DNA from: Felis catus
Taxonomy: Eukaryota
NCBI RefSeq assembly: GCF_018350175.1
Contig: NC_058368.1
Span: 49,973,815-50,037,814, forward strand
Reading direction: 5' to 3'
Length of the DNA: 64,000 bases
Shown here: positions 26,727-38,778 of the stretch, in pieces
Position numbering within the stretch: the stretch's first letter is position 1
Layout: the number at the start of each line of letters is the position of its first letter
Program-made: the position numbers and the translations under genes
The notes under the pieces: generated by a model
The model's database searches: none
What the model was told of the DNA's origin: nothing
Seen by the model: the letters and a program-made list of their open reading frames with translations, nothing else

Positions 26727-27334
26727 TTATTTATGTATTTCTGATTGACTGGTTCTTATTAAGAGCCACTGAAGTGTTCACAAACATGTTTTTTAAACCC
26801 TCATCACAGAGATAGCTTTATTTTAGGTTAGTGTATTGTTTATATAGATTGAAAGTACTAAGTAGGATCATAAAATTTTCAGGGTTCAGAGAGTCCTAGA
26901 AATCATTCAGGGAAAAACATGTCATTTTCCTGAAGAGAATAAGGTCATGGTTAGTGAAATTATTGCTTCCCAAGGACTCATATTACTATTCTTATTGCTG
27001 CTTCTCACTATGGTTATAAATGATTATAGTTTTTTCATACTGCTTTAAATCAATTTTTTTTATTTCATGTACTGGTTGTATTTATTGGAAGTAGCAATCA
27101 TAAAATTATCATTTGGATTACCATTAATAAGTTAGGTATTGTAATGTGCATTTTGTGGAAAACTGTTGGACCAGATTCAACGTTTGTGGTATAATTATGT
27201 TTGAAAGTTTCCACTCTCAAAATATCTAATTTTAAGAGGATTATACTTCTTGTTATTAGAATCTAGTCTAATAAATTAGTAATAAAATCTTTCTTGTGGA
27301 CAGTTGGGCAATACATCAAGGTGATTCTACACAT

Positions 27335-27565
27335 TGCATTCCAGAACCAGATTTCCTGTATTTGAATCCCATCCCTGCCACTTGCTAGCACTGTGGCCTT
27401 TATATTGGTTATATCGGTTGTATTCATTAACCTCTATGTGCTCTGATTCCTCATTTGCAAAATGGGAATATAGTACCTATCTCATGGGTTACTGGGAGAT
27501 TAATGAATTCATATATGTAAAGTGCTTAAAGGAGTGCCCAGGACAAAATAAGTGGTACATATTTT
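27335..27565 (+). mobile_element. MIR
   Basis: ttgaatccc...gccacttgctagc...ttaacctct.tgtgctctg.ttcctcatttgcaaaatggg...atgtaaagtgctta. Confidence 0.85.
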
Positions 27566-28159
27566 AACTAACACTGTTGATTACTAAAAGATGGCTAGTA
27601 GGCTGTGATAGTTTCTATTTGTCAGCCTAAGTAAGAGGGTAGTTTATGCAAGCCATCAGCTTCAGAGGGGTTAAATTTCACTCCTCTTTATATTCTGAAG
27701 GGGGTTTTTCCCCCCTTAGAGCTTATTCTCGCTAAGGAATTCTTTTCACCAGTGCCTCTGTCACCATTCAGTTTTCTTCTACACATTATTTTTTGTTTTG
27801 TATGTGTAACATATTGTGTGTTCTCCGTGTGTGTGTGTGTGTGCCTGTTTTTTAAACCATTTGATGTAATAATTCCATTTTAGTGGCTTTTAAAGAATTC
27901 CATGAGTCTGTGTTATGCAAATGAGGATAGGTAAACATTTTAGATGGGTACTTACAGAAGCTATGGCATATAACCTGATACTTGGTTATATATTTCCACT
28001 TTATCTAGTTTTAACCAATATTCATATATAATTCTTTCTGGATTATGGTTGGTTAAAGTACTAGACCATATAAATACAAATATGACCATACGTTGCTTTG
28101 AAAAAATAAATGATCGCCCAGTAACGTGGTCTAAGTATAATGTTCTCTTTTTTAATTAT

Positions 28160-28990
28160 GTAGTCCTCCTCGCCATCCTCATCACAGCCTCATTCTAGCC
28201 ACTGCAGAACGAAGGCCTCATCATTGTGTCACCATGCATCCCTGCCCTGGGTCAAACGTAACCATGTAGGCCCTGCAAAGGCTACCAGTCCATCTCTCCG
28301 TCTTCGTCGCTGGCGACCCTTCTTACGCCTACCATCTATGGGTCTCCATTCTGTTGTAAGTGTAGTCAATCTTCCATCTCTTCTTCCAGTGACAAGGATA
28401 GTCCATTTTTTTTCCCTACACTTCTTCAGTCTTCAAAGTGCTTTTCTCTTGGTTCACTCAACCATTAGCTTTTTCTCCCCCAATAAGATTGCAAGCATAC
28501 CTCTATGCTTTGCAGTCTAGCTTGACTTTCACCAGTGCCTCGGTGAACATTCATCTTCCCACTCCATATCCCGCCAACATAAGGATGCCTGCCTTTTGAT
28601 GAGTACTGATTGACGTTCATGATAATGTTTAAGTTCCTGTCAGTTGTTAAAGTGAATATGTATTCTCTTACCCTTCATCTTTATGATTTCATTTAGTTGA
28701 CTTAGGTCAACAAATGCTATGTACCTTCTGAGTTCTTTGCCATCTCTTTGGTTTTTTTTTTTTTTTTTTTTTTTCATGTTTCTGAGCATGACTATAGTCT
28801 CTTGTCATGCTCTGGGGTCACTTTACTTACTCTATCCTTAACCTAATCCTTCCATGGTGTAGGGTGTTTCATCTAAGCTATTTTATTCCCTGAGGTGTCT
28901 CAGGTACTTGGTTTAATCTTGATCCAATCTTCCCTGCCTATTCAGTTTCTAAAGATCTTTTCCAAGTAGGAGGTGAAGATTTTCTCCTTG
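28160..28990 (-). mobile_element. Ancient RTE-clade LINE fragment (RT and C-terminal region plus 3' tail)
   Basis: Minus-strand translations IFTSYLEKIFRN*, KYLRHLR, ILMLAGYGVGR*MFT, RGMLAIL and KKWTILVTGRRDGRLTTLTTEWRPIDGRRKKGRQRRRRRDGLVAFAGPTWLRLTQGRDAW*HNDEAFVLQWLE* followed by a GAT/GAG-type tail; collinear with RTE ORF motifs. Confidence 0.8.
28164..28355 (+). CDS. UCHL3: Candidate alternative in-frame cassette exon of UCHL3 (64 aa: SSSPSSSQPHSSHCRTKASSLCHHASLPWVKRNHVGPAKATSPSLRLRRWRPFLRLPSMGLHSV)
   Basis: Acceptor tgttctcttttttaattatgtag and consensus donor gtaagt at 28356; 192 nt, no stop, phase 0-0 matching intron 6; GC/CpG-rich patch in an AT-rich intron. Confidence 0.72.
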
Positions 28991-29861
28991 TGAATTGATG
29001 TAGGCTTCCCACAAGTTTTATGATTTCTCCTTCTTAGGTTGATAATATTAGCAAACTATTAAAAAGTGCATTCTTTCTTTTAATCTTGCTAATTATCTTA
29101 AATGTTGAGGTTGATGGTGGAATTCTAATAATTCTCATAATTGACATCAACTGCAGGGTTAGGCAACTCCAGCTCTATCTTTCTGCTGTTTTAGACTTAT
29201 ATAGCAATGACTTTCATTTGGCAGAGCCTACCTAGAAATGCTACCTCTGAAAGATTTGGTGTATGCCATCCATTTATGAAAAACTTCATGCTTCTGGAAA
29301 TCATCATGACTTTTGAAGCTAGAGGAAGTCTCATTCCTCATACATTTAATGCTTCAATAAATTGAAAGTTGATGTCAAACATTCTTTCTTCCCCTTTATG
29401 TACTCTTTTAGAGCTATGCTCAAACTGTGAAGCAGAGTTTTGACAGTTTTCCTAAAATATGTACATCCCCCAAATATCAGTATGGTCATAAAATAGCCTT
29501 TCATTTGTGCTGAGTATCAAGCAACAAACTGGTGTCTATTTCATTTTCCTCATTGGATCACAACATGCATTTGCCATTTTTATTCATTTACCTGTTTAAT
29601 ATTTTTTGCTTCCCTACTGTGCCACACATTGGCATAGTAGGAGATATAAGGTGAATTATAGGACCAGAGTAAAACCCTAATTTTGTAAATTCTAACTTGG
29701 GCACAATTGATTCTAAATATTCCTTTGTACTTTTAAAATATTCTGAATATAAATGAACATATCATAAAGTTGGTGTTTCCAGTTTTATATGATTTTATAT
29801 AAGTTTGATCTTTGCTTTCCATATTAATTCTGTTGCTTTATCGCTTCATAAATATTTTCAT

Positions 29862-30055
29862 AGCATAGCGTGGATTCTGGAACTACCCTGCCTGAGTTTG
29901 AAACCAGATTCCATCACTTCCTAGCTGTATAACAGTTTTCTTGAGTACAAATGAGTGTATTACCTGCCTCATAGAGTTTATATGATGATTCATTGGTCAG
30001 TACTTTAAGTACATAAACATATACCAGTGCCTGGTATATATTAAGTATCAGATAA
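29862..30055 (+). mobile_element. MIR
   Basis: agcgtggattctgga...ctgcctgagtttgaa.cc...cacttcctagctgt...acct.cctcatagagtt. Confidence 0.75.
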
Positions 30056-31069
30056 TTACAAATTAAATTTAAACTATATTTTCTACAATTTGAAATTTAT
30101 ATTTAATATTTAATTTCTAATTGATTTATTATGTGACTTTTTAATTGTTTGAGATAATAATAAGTGTTATAAATTAGGGAACTTTGTAAAAAATAATATA
30201 TAAAAAATAGGCAAAATATGATCCAATCTATAGTTTCTGGTTTCTTCCTTCTTGGTCATTTTTTGAAATTGAAGACTTTGCCTTTTCTTTTATTGTTCTT
30301 GTTTTTAGTGGAATAGTTTTTAAGCATTTGGGATAATTGCAAATTTCAGACTAATGAAGTTGACCAAAGGGAAAGGCTCCTAGTAGGTACTGAGGTTTTG
30401 TGGAAGGCTTAGAAATTTCGAGCTTTACTTACCTTTTATAACAATTTGAAGGCTTCTCATACCCTCTTTGGAGTTTTATATTTTTAGTACACACTTTTGG
30501 ATAAAAGGTGTAATGACTCACAATTATGAGTCACTAGCTTGAGTGATTTCTTTTATTTGTGATAATGGAGTATTAATATTTTTAACATTACGTAATGCTT
30601 TTATAGCACTTAACAATTTACAAAGTACTTTCATGCATCTCACTTCAACTTTAAAACAGATAAGAAACCCAGTGCGTACAGGGATTGGGTACATATTCAG
30701 GTCTAGAACTCCAGTTGTACTACTTTACCTCTAGAATGGTTGTATGTACTGACAGATTATGAAAAATAGAAGCTATAAGATGTATTATTCTTAAGAGATG
30801 GGGTTAAAATAATTTATACTTTTTGAAAATACAATAGTTCTAAACATTTAAAGTACTTGATATCTTGTTGGGAGAATTGTCTTAAAATGAGTAAAGACCA
30901 CTTTCTAGTTGGATAAAAAATCATTTCTAGTATTTGTTGTTATAGAACTGAATGTATAGTTTGTAGAATTGCTTAGGTGTAGCCTTGAAAAATTGGAATT
31001 TTCTTTTGGTCATTAGTAAAACGAGGATATTGGATTGAGTGATCACTAATATTTTTTGATTCTCTGACC

Positions 31070-31340
31070 AGGAAAATAAGGGAACTCAATATCACTGTCT
31101 TTAAATATCTGAAGAAATACCATGTTCAAGAGGGGCTAGACTTTTTCTAACATAATGGAAAATAGTGGGAGACATATATTAGCCTCAGATGAAGGATAAC
31201 TCCAACAAATGGTCCAAGATGGAATGGACTCCCTCCTAATCCATTCTCATAGAGGCCACTGCAAGACGGGGGTTGAGAGGAGTCTACTATTGGAGCAATA
31301 GTAAAAGTAGATAATTCTGATTACTACCAACAGTGGAATT
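31070..31340 (+). mobile_element. CR1/L3 3' fragment
   Basis: Translates ITVFKYLKKYHVQEGLDFF, typical of the CR1 ORF2 C-terminus; atggaatggactccct motif. Confidence 0.6.
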
Positions 31341-32635
31341 CTTCATTCTAAATTGAAATTAAGAAGAACTAGTTTGCCACATTAATGTTACATTGAGGTT
31401 CTCCCATTCATAATTAGGGGGAAATAGTCTCTGAAGAATAATGTGAATTTAGATGAGTCACACTATCTGTAAATGTTTTAGAAGCATTCAGTAAATCCAA
31501 AATAATGTTTATTCTATAAATTTCAATTTTTGCATCTGAAAACTTCTTATTAAAACTATTTTAAAATTATAAAATTACCTGAAGGTGAAAAAAAAATTTT
31601 GCAGTTCAGATAGTGTTGTGCTACTTACAGGATGTTAATATGAGATGTAATTTGATTTATGCCTCTTTAAAACGTTTGCCTCTAAAATTTGTACTTGCAT
31701 TTAACAGTGATTGCATTTTCTTTCAGACTATTTAGATTTGATATATAGCTAACACATAGTAGTGTTAAACTGTACAGCTTACTCGGTATCATAGACAGTG
31801 CCAGTTAATCATGTATTGACCTTGGGTAATTTATTTAAATTTCTAAGAAATGTAGCAGATATTACTTAATGAAAATTGAATTCAGTGAACTAAAACACAC
31901 ACACACACACACACACAAAACAAGAAACAAGTAGACGTAATTTTAATTTCAAATAGTTTACTAAGAAAGCCGGAGAAAAATCATAGGTTATAGTTAATTG
32001 TATTTTAATTTGCTTTTATCTTTTTTTCCCCCTTTACTCTTTTGGGCTATTTTCCTGAATTTATTCATTTTTAAACCTTTTGATCTGTGATGAATAATGA
32101 GAGTTATTTTATTCTAAGACTATTTATATTACATTGTTCAAAAACTGAGATTATCAAGTTCAAATCATGAAGGAAATAATTCACTTTCTTGATGTCTTAA
32201 AATTTAGCTTGAAAAGTTTCTTTTAACTTTATGCTATTACTTTTTTTAAAAACATTCTTATTTCAAATTTCAAAAATTAGACAAATCAGTTCACGCACTC
32301 ATGTCATTCAGCAGGTATGCATCGTGCATCCACTAGACACCCAGCTTGTACTAGGTACTGGGCCTTCCAGGGTTGGACAATACTAAAGGTTTTTAGATCT
32401 GTTGAGATTAAGAAAGATGTGCTTTAGTCGATGTTTTCCTGGTGGATGTTTTTCAGTGTTTCCACATTGTCATAAATGTGGTCATGTTCATTCTTTGTCC
32501 ACCATATCAAAGATTAATAAGCCTTGAATTATGTTGGATAAATGTTCTCTCATGCCATTTCATATTTGTATGTGTTTACAATGTACTTGATTGACTACTA
32601 ACATGTATAATATATATTTTTCCCTCCTATTTCAG

Positions 32636-32711
32636 GCACCAAGTATAGATGAAAAAGTAGATCTTCATTTTATTGCATTAGTTCATGTAGATGGGCATCT
32701 CTATGAATTAG
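32636..32711 (+). CDS. UCHL3: UCHL3 coding exon 7 ([25 protein letters not shown]), contains catalytic His169
   Basis: ctcctatttcag acceptor and gtaaga donor; 76 nt; CAT at 32666-32668. Confidence 0.98.
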
Positions 32712-33899
32712 GTAAGATCTATTTAAATTTATTCTGGGGAAGGAAATGATAAATGGGAAAGTATTTATGATTAACAGGATTGTTGACATTTACTGTATTT
32801 ACTTGAGTTGGCATAAGGACAGTTTTCCATTTAAGATTTTTTACTAGAAAAAAATAATTTTTTTGACGTTTAAGCAACTTAAAATTCAAGAAAGTGTGCA
32901 TACCACCTTTGCATCTCAAGCAAAGCACAGAAGTAAAAATCATAGAAAACTCCTATAAATCACTTCAGCATTCTTAACTAAATTACTAAGTTAGTTATCA
33001 TTATCTGGATGAACTATCTTGATCCTGAAACAACTTTTAAAACACCATGTAATATTCATAATGACTAATTTTTGTATTCAGTAATGGGTATTACTAGTTT
33101 CAGGCTTTTGTACTATCTCTTTGTGTTGCCTCTGATTTTTTAACTTTACAGGAGTTTGTGTTTTCTGGCAGCCATTCCTTAAGACGTATGTCAAAGTAAC
33201 TGTGATTAATTATTTGGCATTCTGGCCTATAGCTGCACTTATTTTCTAGAAATTACCTGTAGGTGGACTACTTCAGGGAGTGGTGGAGGAGATCCTCATA
33301 GTGTTAATTGATCCATTCAAACATAACACACCTCTTAACGATTCTTTAATAGTTGGTATATAGTACTTATTGTGAGTCCTTCTTGTCTCCGCCATGACAC
33401 CTTCTTGGGCTAAAAAAAAGACCAAATACAAAAGAGAAGTCTTTTCAATTTCTAGACACCATAATTTTTAGTTATCTTTCTTCTCATTTGCCATCTACAT
33501 ATTAACTTGCAACTTATTTAAAGGTGGAAGAGTTCTGAAAGAACTCCTGTGACTGTAAATGTGGTCCATAAAATTTAGGTAGATTTTATGTTTGGAAAAT
33601 AGTAACAGAATAATATACTTGATTAAAAAGAATGGCTCTATTAAAGGGGTGAGGAAAGGAAAGAACACAATTGTATAGATACCTGTACCCCTGAGGGTTG
33701 TTTACAATAGTAGAGTGTTTTGAGTTAGAATCAAGCTGAAGGGAAGTCATTGTCACGGGAGTGTGTGACAGACCCGCATGGCTGCGTGAAGACAAGCTTT
33801 GCTAACTCAGTCTACCAAGTCTGTATAGAGATAAGATGTAGCAGTGATTGGGGATCACATGTCTGGTTGCTGGAAGCTGAGTTTCTACTCTGAAGCTTA

Positions 33900-35290
33900 A
33901 ATAATGAAGAATAGCTAGTGGAAATGGAAGTAAAGAGAGTGCTATGACTTACCAGACACATTTTGTTGACTTCAAGAAAGTAGACTTAGGAAAGGCCAGA
34001 GAAATAACAACTATGAGCCATAACCAAAACCATGAAAGTGATGATGACTTTCCTAATGAGAGAATTATCATTAGAACGAAAAATAACATCTAAGAAATAT
34101 TTAGGGAAAAGAAATCTCTGATCATCTCAATAGGAAGGAGTTGACTAAAAAACTCTATTTGGTTAGCTAGCTCTATGAGCTCAAAGGCCAAAAAAGACAG
34201 AAGGAAAGATGTGTATCAAAGGGTAAGCTACATATGAAGAATGGTTTTCTTTTGTAGCATGCCAAGATCAGCACAAAAGGATTTTAAAATCGGTTTGAAC
34301 ACCAGAAAAGGAAGAACATCAGAAAAGAAAGGCACAACTACTGAGGTCTTGTTTGGTTAGGTGTTCTTTAGCAAGAAGAATGATCATGGCTAATAGAGAA
34401 TTAGAGCCCTCTGGGGATTACTTTCTTTAAATGTGTTTAAAGAATTTCAGAGTTCTAAAGAATAGCAGTAATCTTTTAGATGTCATAGAGAAGAGGGATA
34501 AGTACAAAACAAATGAAAATGGGCAGTTGCTGATTCACTGCAAGGGAAACTGGCAGCAAAACCCTGTTGAGAATTCCTAATAAATGTAAAAGGAATGTTG
34601 AGGGAGAAGACTATGGAGTCAGTGAATAGAAAACAGTGATTAAGAGAACAGCATGTGGTTTTTAAGGAAAAAAAATCATTTTGAAGTAATCTTATTTTTA
34701 AAAATTAGGCTATCAGGGACTCCTGGGTGGGTGGCTCAGTCGGTTAAGTGTCCAACTTTGGCTCAGGTCATGACCTCACAGTTCAGGAGCTTGAGCCCCC
34801 TGTTAGGCTTTATGCTGACAGCTCAGAGCCTGGAGCCTGCTTCAGATTCTGTTTCTCCGTCTCTCTCTGCCTGTTCCCTGTTCACGCTCTGTCTGTCTCT
34901 CAAAAAATAAATAAACATTAAAAAAAATTAAAAATTAAATAAAAATAAGACTATCAGAGTGTAGACATAGTGCAAGTTAATTTCTACACGGTAATTATTC
35001 AACAAAGGATAGTGGTCATCTTGAATACTATCATTCTCTACTAAATTGTAAGTTTAGCTGATGAAAGGAATGGAATTATTCATATTTTTCTTATCACATC
35101 TTCCTTTTCCATAGGGCTTCATGTCATTCCTGCATATGTAGGGTGAGGAAGAAGTACATATTTTTAAATAGATGTAATTAGTCTTTATGGATACATTAGA
35201 ATAATGAAGTTTGAAAGTGGATTTAGAACTGATTGAACCAGCAGATTTGAAAACTGTTAACCAGAAAATTATTGTCTACCTAGAGTAACA
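33900..35290 (+). mobile_element. CR1/L3 ORF2 remnant interrupted by a SINE
   Basis: DFKKVDLGKARE near 33968 (CR1 LDFRKADF..LR), a QHGF..KS..NL-like region near 34650 and VDIV near 34960. Confidence 0.55.
34716..34947 (+). mobile_element. Felid SINE
   Basis: SINE head, CT tract, A tail; TSD aaaat.ag.ctatcag. Confidence 0.93.
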
Positions 35291-35349
35291 AGAATACTAG
35301 TTGATCATTTAAAACATTTTAACATTTAAAACATTTAAAACATTAAAAC

Positions 35350-36990
35350 ATTTTAATTTTGAAATCATATTAATTTTATATAAAAATGTATAGAAATTAT
35401 ATGAGTTCCCATAAACTCTTAGATTTCCCAGATTCAGTTAGTATGTCTGAACTATTTGAAAATAAGGTGCAGACATGGTGCCCCATTATTCTGTAATATT
35501 TATGTATTTCTTCAAAACAGATGGATGCTCCCTTACATAACTACAGTGTAACTATCAAAATCAGGAATTAACACTGATCCATATTATCATTGAATTCGCG
35601 GATCCTAGTAAAATTTTTCTGATGTTTACAATATCCTCTGTAGGTCCAGAGTCTAGTCAGTCCAGGGTTGTGTGTTGTATTTAGTTGTCATATTTGTCTC
35701 CTTTAATCTGGAATGGCTCCTCAATCTATTCTTCTTTTTTTTTTTTTTTTAATTTTTTTTTTCAACGTTTATTTTTTTATTTATTTTTGGGACAGAGAGA
35801 GACAGAGCATGAACAGGGGAGGGGCAGAGAGAGAGGGAGACACAGAATCGGAAACAGGCTCCAGGCTCCGAGCCATCAGCCCAGAGCCTGACGCGGGGCT
35901 CGAACTCACGGACCGCGAGATCGTGACCTGGCTGAAGTTGGAGGCTTAACCGACTGCGCCACCCAGGCGCCCCTCCTCAATCTATTCTTAACTCTCATGT
36001 CTTTCACATTAATTTTTAAGCATATAGGGCAGTTACTTTGATATTATTTTCCAATTTGGGTTGTCTGATAATTTTCTCATAATTTGTACATTTTTAGCAC
36101 ATGTACCGTAGAAGTGGTGCTGTGGAGCATCATTTCAGGAGGCTCATGATGTTGATTTGTCCCATTATTGGTGATGATAACCTTTATCATTTGGTTTAGA
36201 TGGTATATGCCTGGTTTCTCCACTATAAAGTTAACAAGTATGTTAAATATTAATATGTTAATATGTTATACTTATTAGTTAGGAAGTGATGAATAAATAT
36301 TCAGGAGATACTTCAAGCCTATGTAAATGTACAGTTTCTCTTTAAGCCTTTATCAGATTTAGCATCCATTGATGATTCTTAACTGAATTATCACTATGAT
36401 GGTTGCCAAATGGTGATTTGAAAAAAAAATTCCTCCAGCATTAGCAACGTTCCTTTTTTTTCCCTTCATTCATTCAATGTCAGAATGGACTCCTGGGTTC
36501 ATATTTTACTCAGGAGGTTACAGTCCATTACCATAATTTATTTTCATCCTCAGATTTTCCCAGACTTGGCCTTGAAGGGAACCCTTTCAAGCTGGCTCTT
36601 TTGTCCTTTTGATATGTTTCTGTCATTCTTCAAGCACTTTCTACCTATCACGTAGAATAAGATGTTCTAGGCTCATCTTTTATTTTCTGTGCCCCAGCCC
36701 TCTCTTCAGTTGCTTTTTCATAGAGCCCTGGTTCTTTTTAGCAGAAAATAGTATTTAGAACCAACATCTGGGCTGTAAGTGTGCTCATTGCTACCAGGCC
36801 CTCTCAGCAGACAAAGCTATATTTGTGTGTATTATAAAAATACGCTCACATATGTATATGTACATATGAGTATAGATGTACCCACAATTATATGTTTATA
36901 TAGTTAAAAGCATTCATTTACATTAATACTTCTAAATCTAATCTAATACCATACAGTTTATTCTAGTGTTCTTCTCCATTACTCTTTGTG
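35350..36990 (-). mobile_element. Old L1 (L1MC-like) 3' region interrupted by a SINE
   Basis: aatcaggaattaacactgat..., ccaatttgggttgtctgat..., agccctggttc.ttttag...gtatttagaacca..atctggg patterns. Confidence 0.7.
35734..35973 (-). mobile_element. Felid SINE, young subfamily
   Basis: Full-length; TSD tcctcaatctattctt. Confidence 0.95.
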
Positions 36991-38173
36991 TATTTCTTGA
37001 TTTACCCAATCGTCTTGTACATAAATGAGCTCTTGGCCACCCCAAGCCTAAAACTCAGACCCAGACACACTGCTCCCTGCCCCACCTGGCACGCTGATCC
37101 TGGCCCAGACAAAGAGCAACAGCTCTGCAAAGTGGGGAGCTACTTTCTCTCTGATGTTGTGCAAATTCCTGAACTCTGCTCTTGTTCTGCTCAGTCTCCT
37201 CATTAAGGCGATTGTGCTCTACTTGGGTTTCCCATTATGGACTTGGCAGGAAGCTACTATTACTCTTGGGCTTTCATACAGGCTACCTATTTTCTAATGT
37301 CTAAGAACAACTGTTTCAGCTATTTCGTCCAGTTTTTTAAGTTGTTTCTGGTGGGAGGCCTCGTCTGGTACCAGTTACTCCATCCTGGCTGGAGGTGGAA
37401 GTGGCCAAAGTATTATTTCTTCACTCCCCATGAGGAAAAGAATTTACTTCTCCTGTGTCACCCTTGTTCCTTACCCACCCTCCCAATCACAAAATAGATT
37501 ATTTCCTTTCTCTTCTTCTAGTTCTGTTGTAGTTGTTTGTATTATTGTAACCACAGAAATATTATTCTAAGCTGAGCCATAATTAATGCACTTTTTAAAA
37601 AACTTTTTATTTCTCCAGACTTAGTATTTGTCTCATTTTGCCTTTCAGTTTGTTTGGTTAATCTTCCCTCATATTTTTCTTCCAAAGTGGTTTCTATCGG
37701 TCCAACTCTTATCATTGTATATGCATATGGATTCAAACATTTTTATTACATTTGGAAGCCAGGAATTATAAAAGGGATTGTGTTTTATGAATTGAACTTG
37801 ACGTGCCACTTATAAGACATCTGAGATTTAGATTTGGATAGAGTATCAATTAACTTTTGGTTAGGATGAGTTTATATAATACTGGACTTTTTCCTTTTTT
37901 CATAGCATTCATGAAGGAGTAGTTTGTTCAAGATGTTTATATTTGTGTTTAATTAATTTTGGTGATCCGTGAAATGACCCTCAGTTGTTTAGACTGCTGC
38001 TCTGTACTCCTGCCTTGGTGGTACACAATTATTGGTGGTAATAAAGAAATCTTGTGGTGGCTCCCTTTCATTGGTGTAAGCATGTCAGTCTCACTTAGGA
38101 GCCTTCTGATTCAGCTTTTAAAATGAAGCAATACATTTTTCATATTTATGAGAGTAGAAACTAGGATTTTAAC

Positions 38174-38416
38174 TTTTTATTTATTTTTTATTTTTTTATT
38201 AAAAAAATTTTTTTTTCAACATTTATTTATTTTTGGGACAGAGAGACAGAGCGTGAACAGGGGAGGGGCAGAGAGAGAGGGAGACACAGAATCGGAAACA
38301 GGCTCCAGGCTCTGAGCCATCAGCCCAGAGCCCGACGTGGGGCTCGAACCCACGGACCGCGAGATCGTGACCTGGCTGAAGTCGGACACTTAACCGACTG
38401 CGCCACCCAGGCGCCC
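38174..38416 (-). mobile_element. Felid SINE, young subfamily
   Basis: Full-length; TSD taggattttaacttttta. Confidence 0.95.
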
Positions 38417-38719
38417 CTAGGATTTTAACTTTTTAAAAACTGGCTTACTAGTTTTGCTTTTCTTAGGGAAATTAAAACTGTGTATGTTTCTAAATCTTCT
38501 GTTTATGAAGCTAATTTAGACTTTCAAACATGGAAGCAAGGTTCTAATAACATTTAATGTAGAAAAATATTGATAGCACATTTGAAATCGTTTTTATAGG
38601 ATATATCATTTCCATTATCTTTTAACTTTGCCTCCCTGTGGGAGGAGGAAGATGCAAGCTGGAAGTACATTGTCCTGTATAAGCAGCTAAACGTTTAACT
38701 GTTTCTTAATTTTCCACAG

Positions 38720-38778
38720 ATGGACGGAAACCATTTCCAATTAACCATGGGGAAACTAGTGATGAAACTTTATTAGAG
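38720..38778 (+). CDS. UCHL3: UCHL3 coding exon 8 ((D)[19 protein letters not shown]); the Asp184 codon is split across exons 7/8
   Basis: tttccacag acceptor and gtaaca donor; 59 nt. Confidence 0.98.

Noticed and set aside
28356..28520. Extension of the cassette-exon ORF past the GTAAGT donor
   Set aside because: The consensus donor and the drop in GC/CpG content mark the exon end; the extension is probably intronic read-through, although a terminal-exon variant cannot be excluded.
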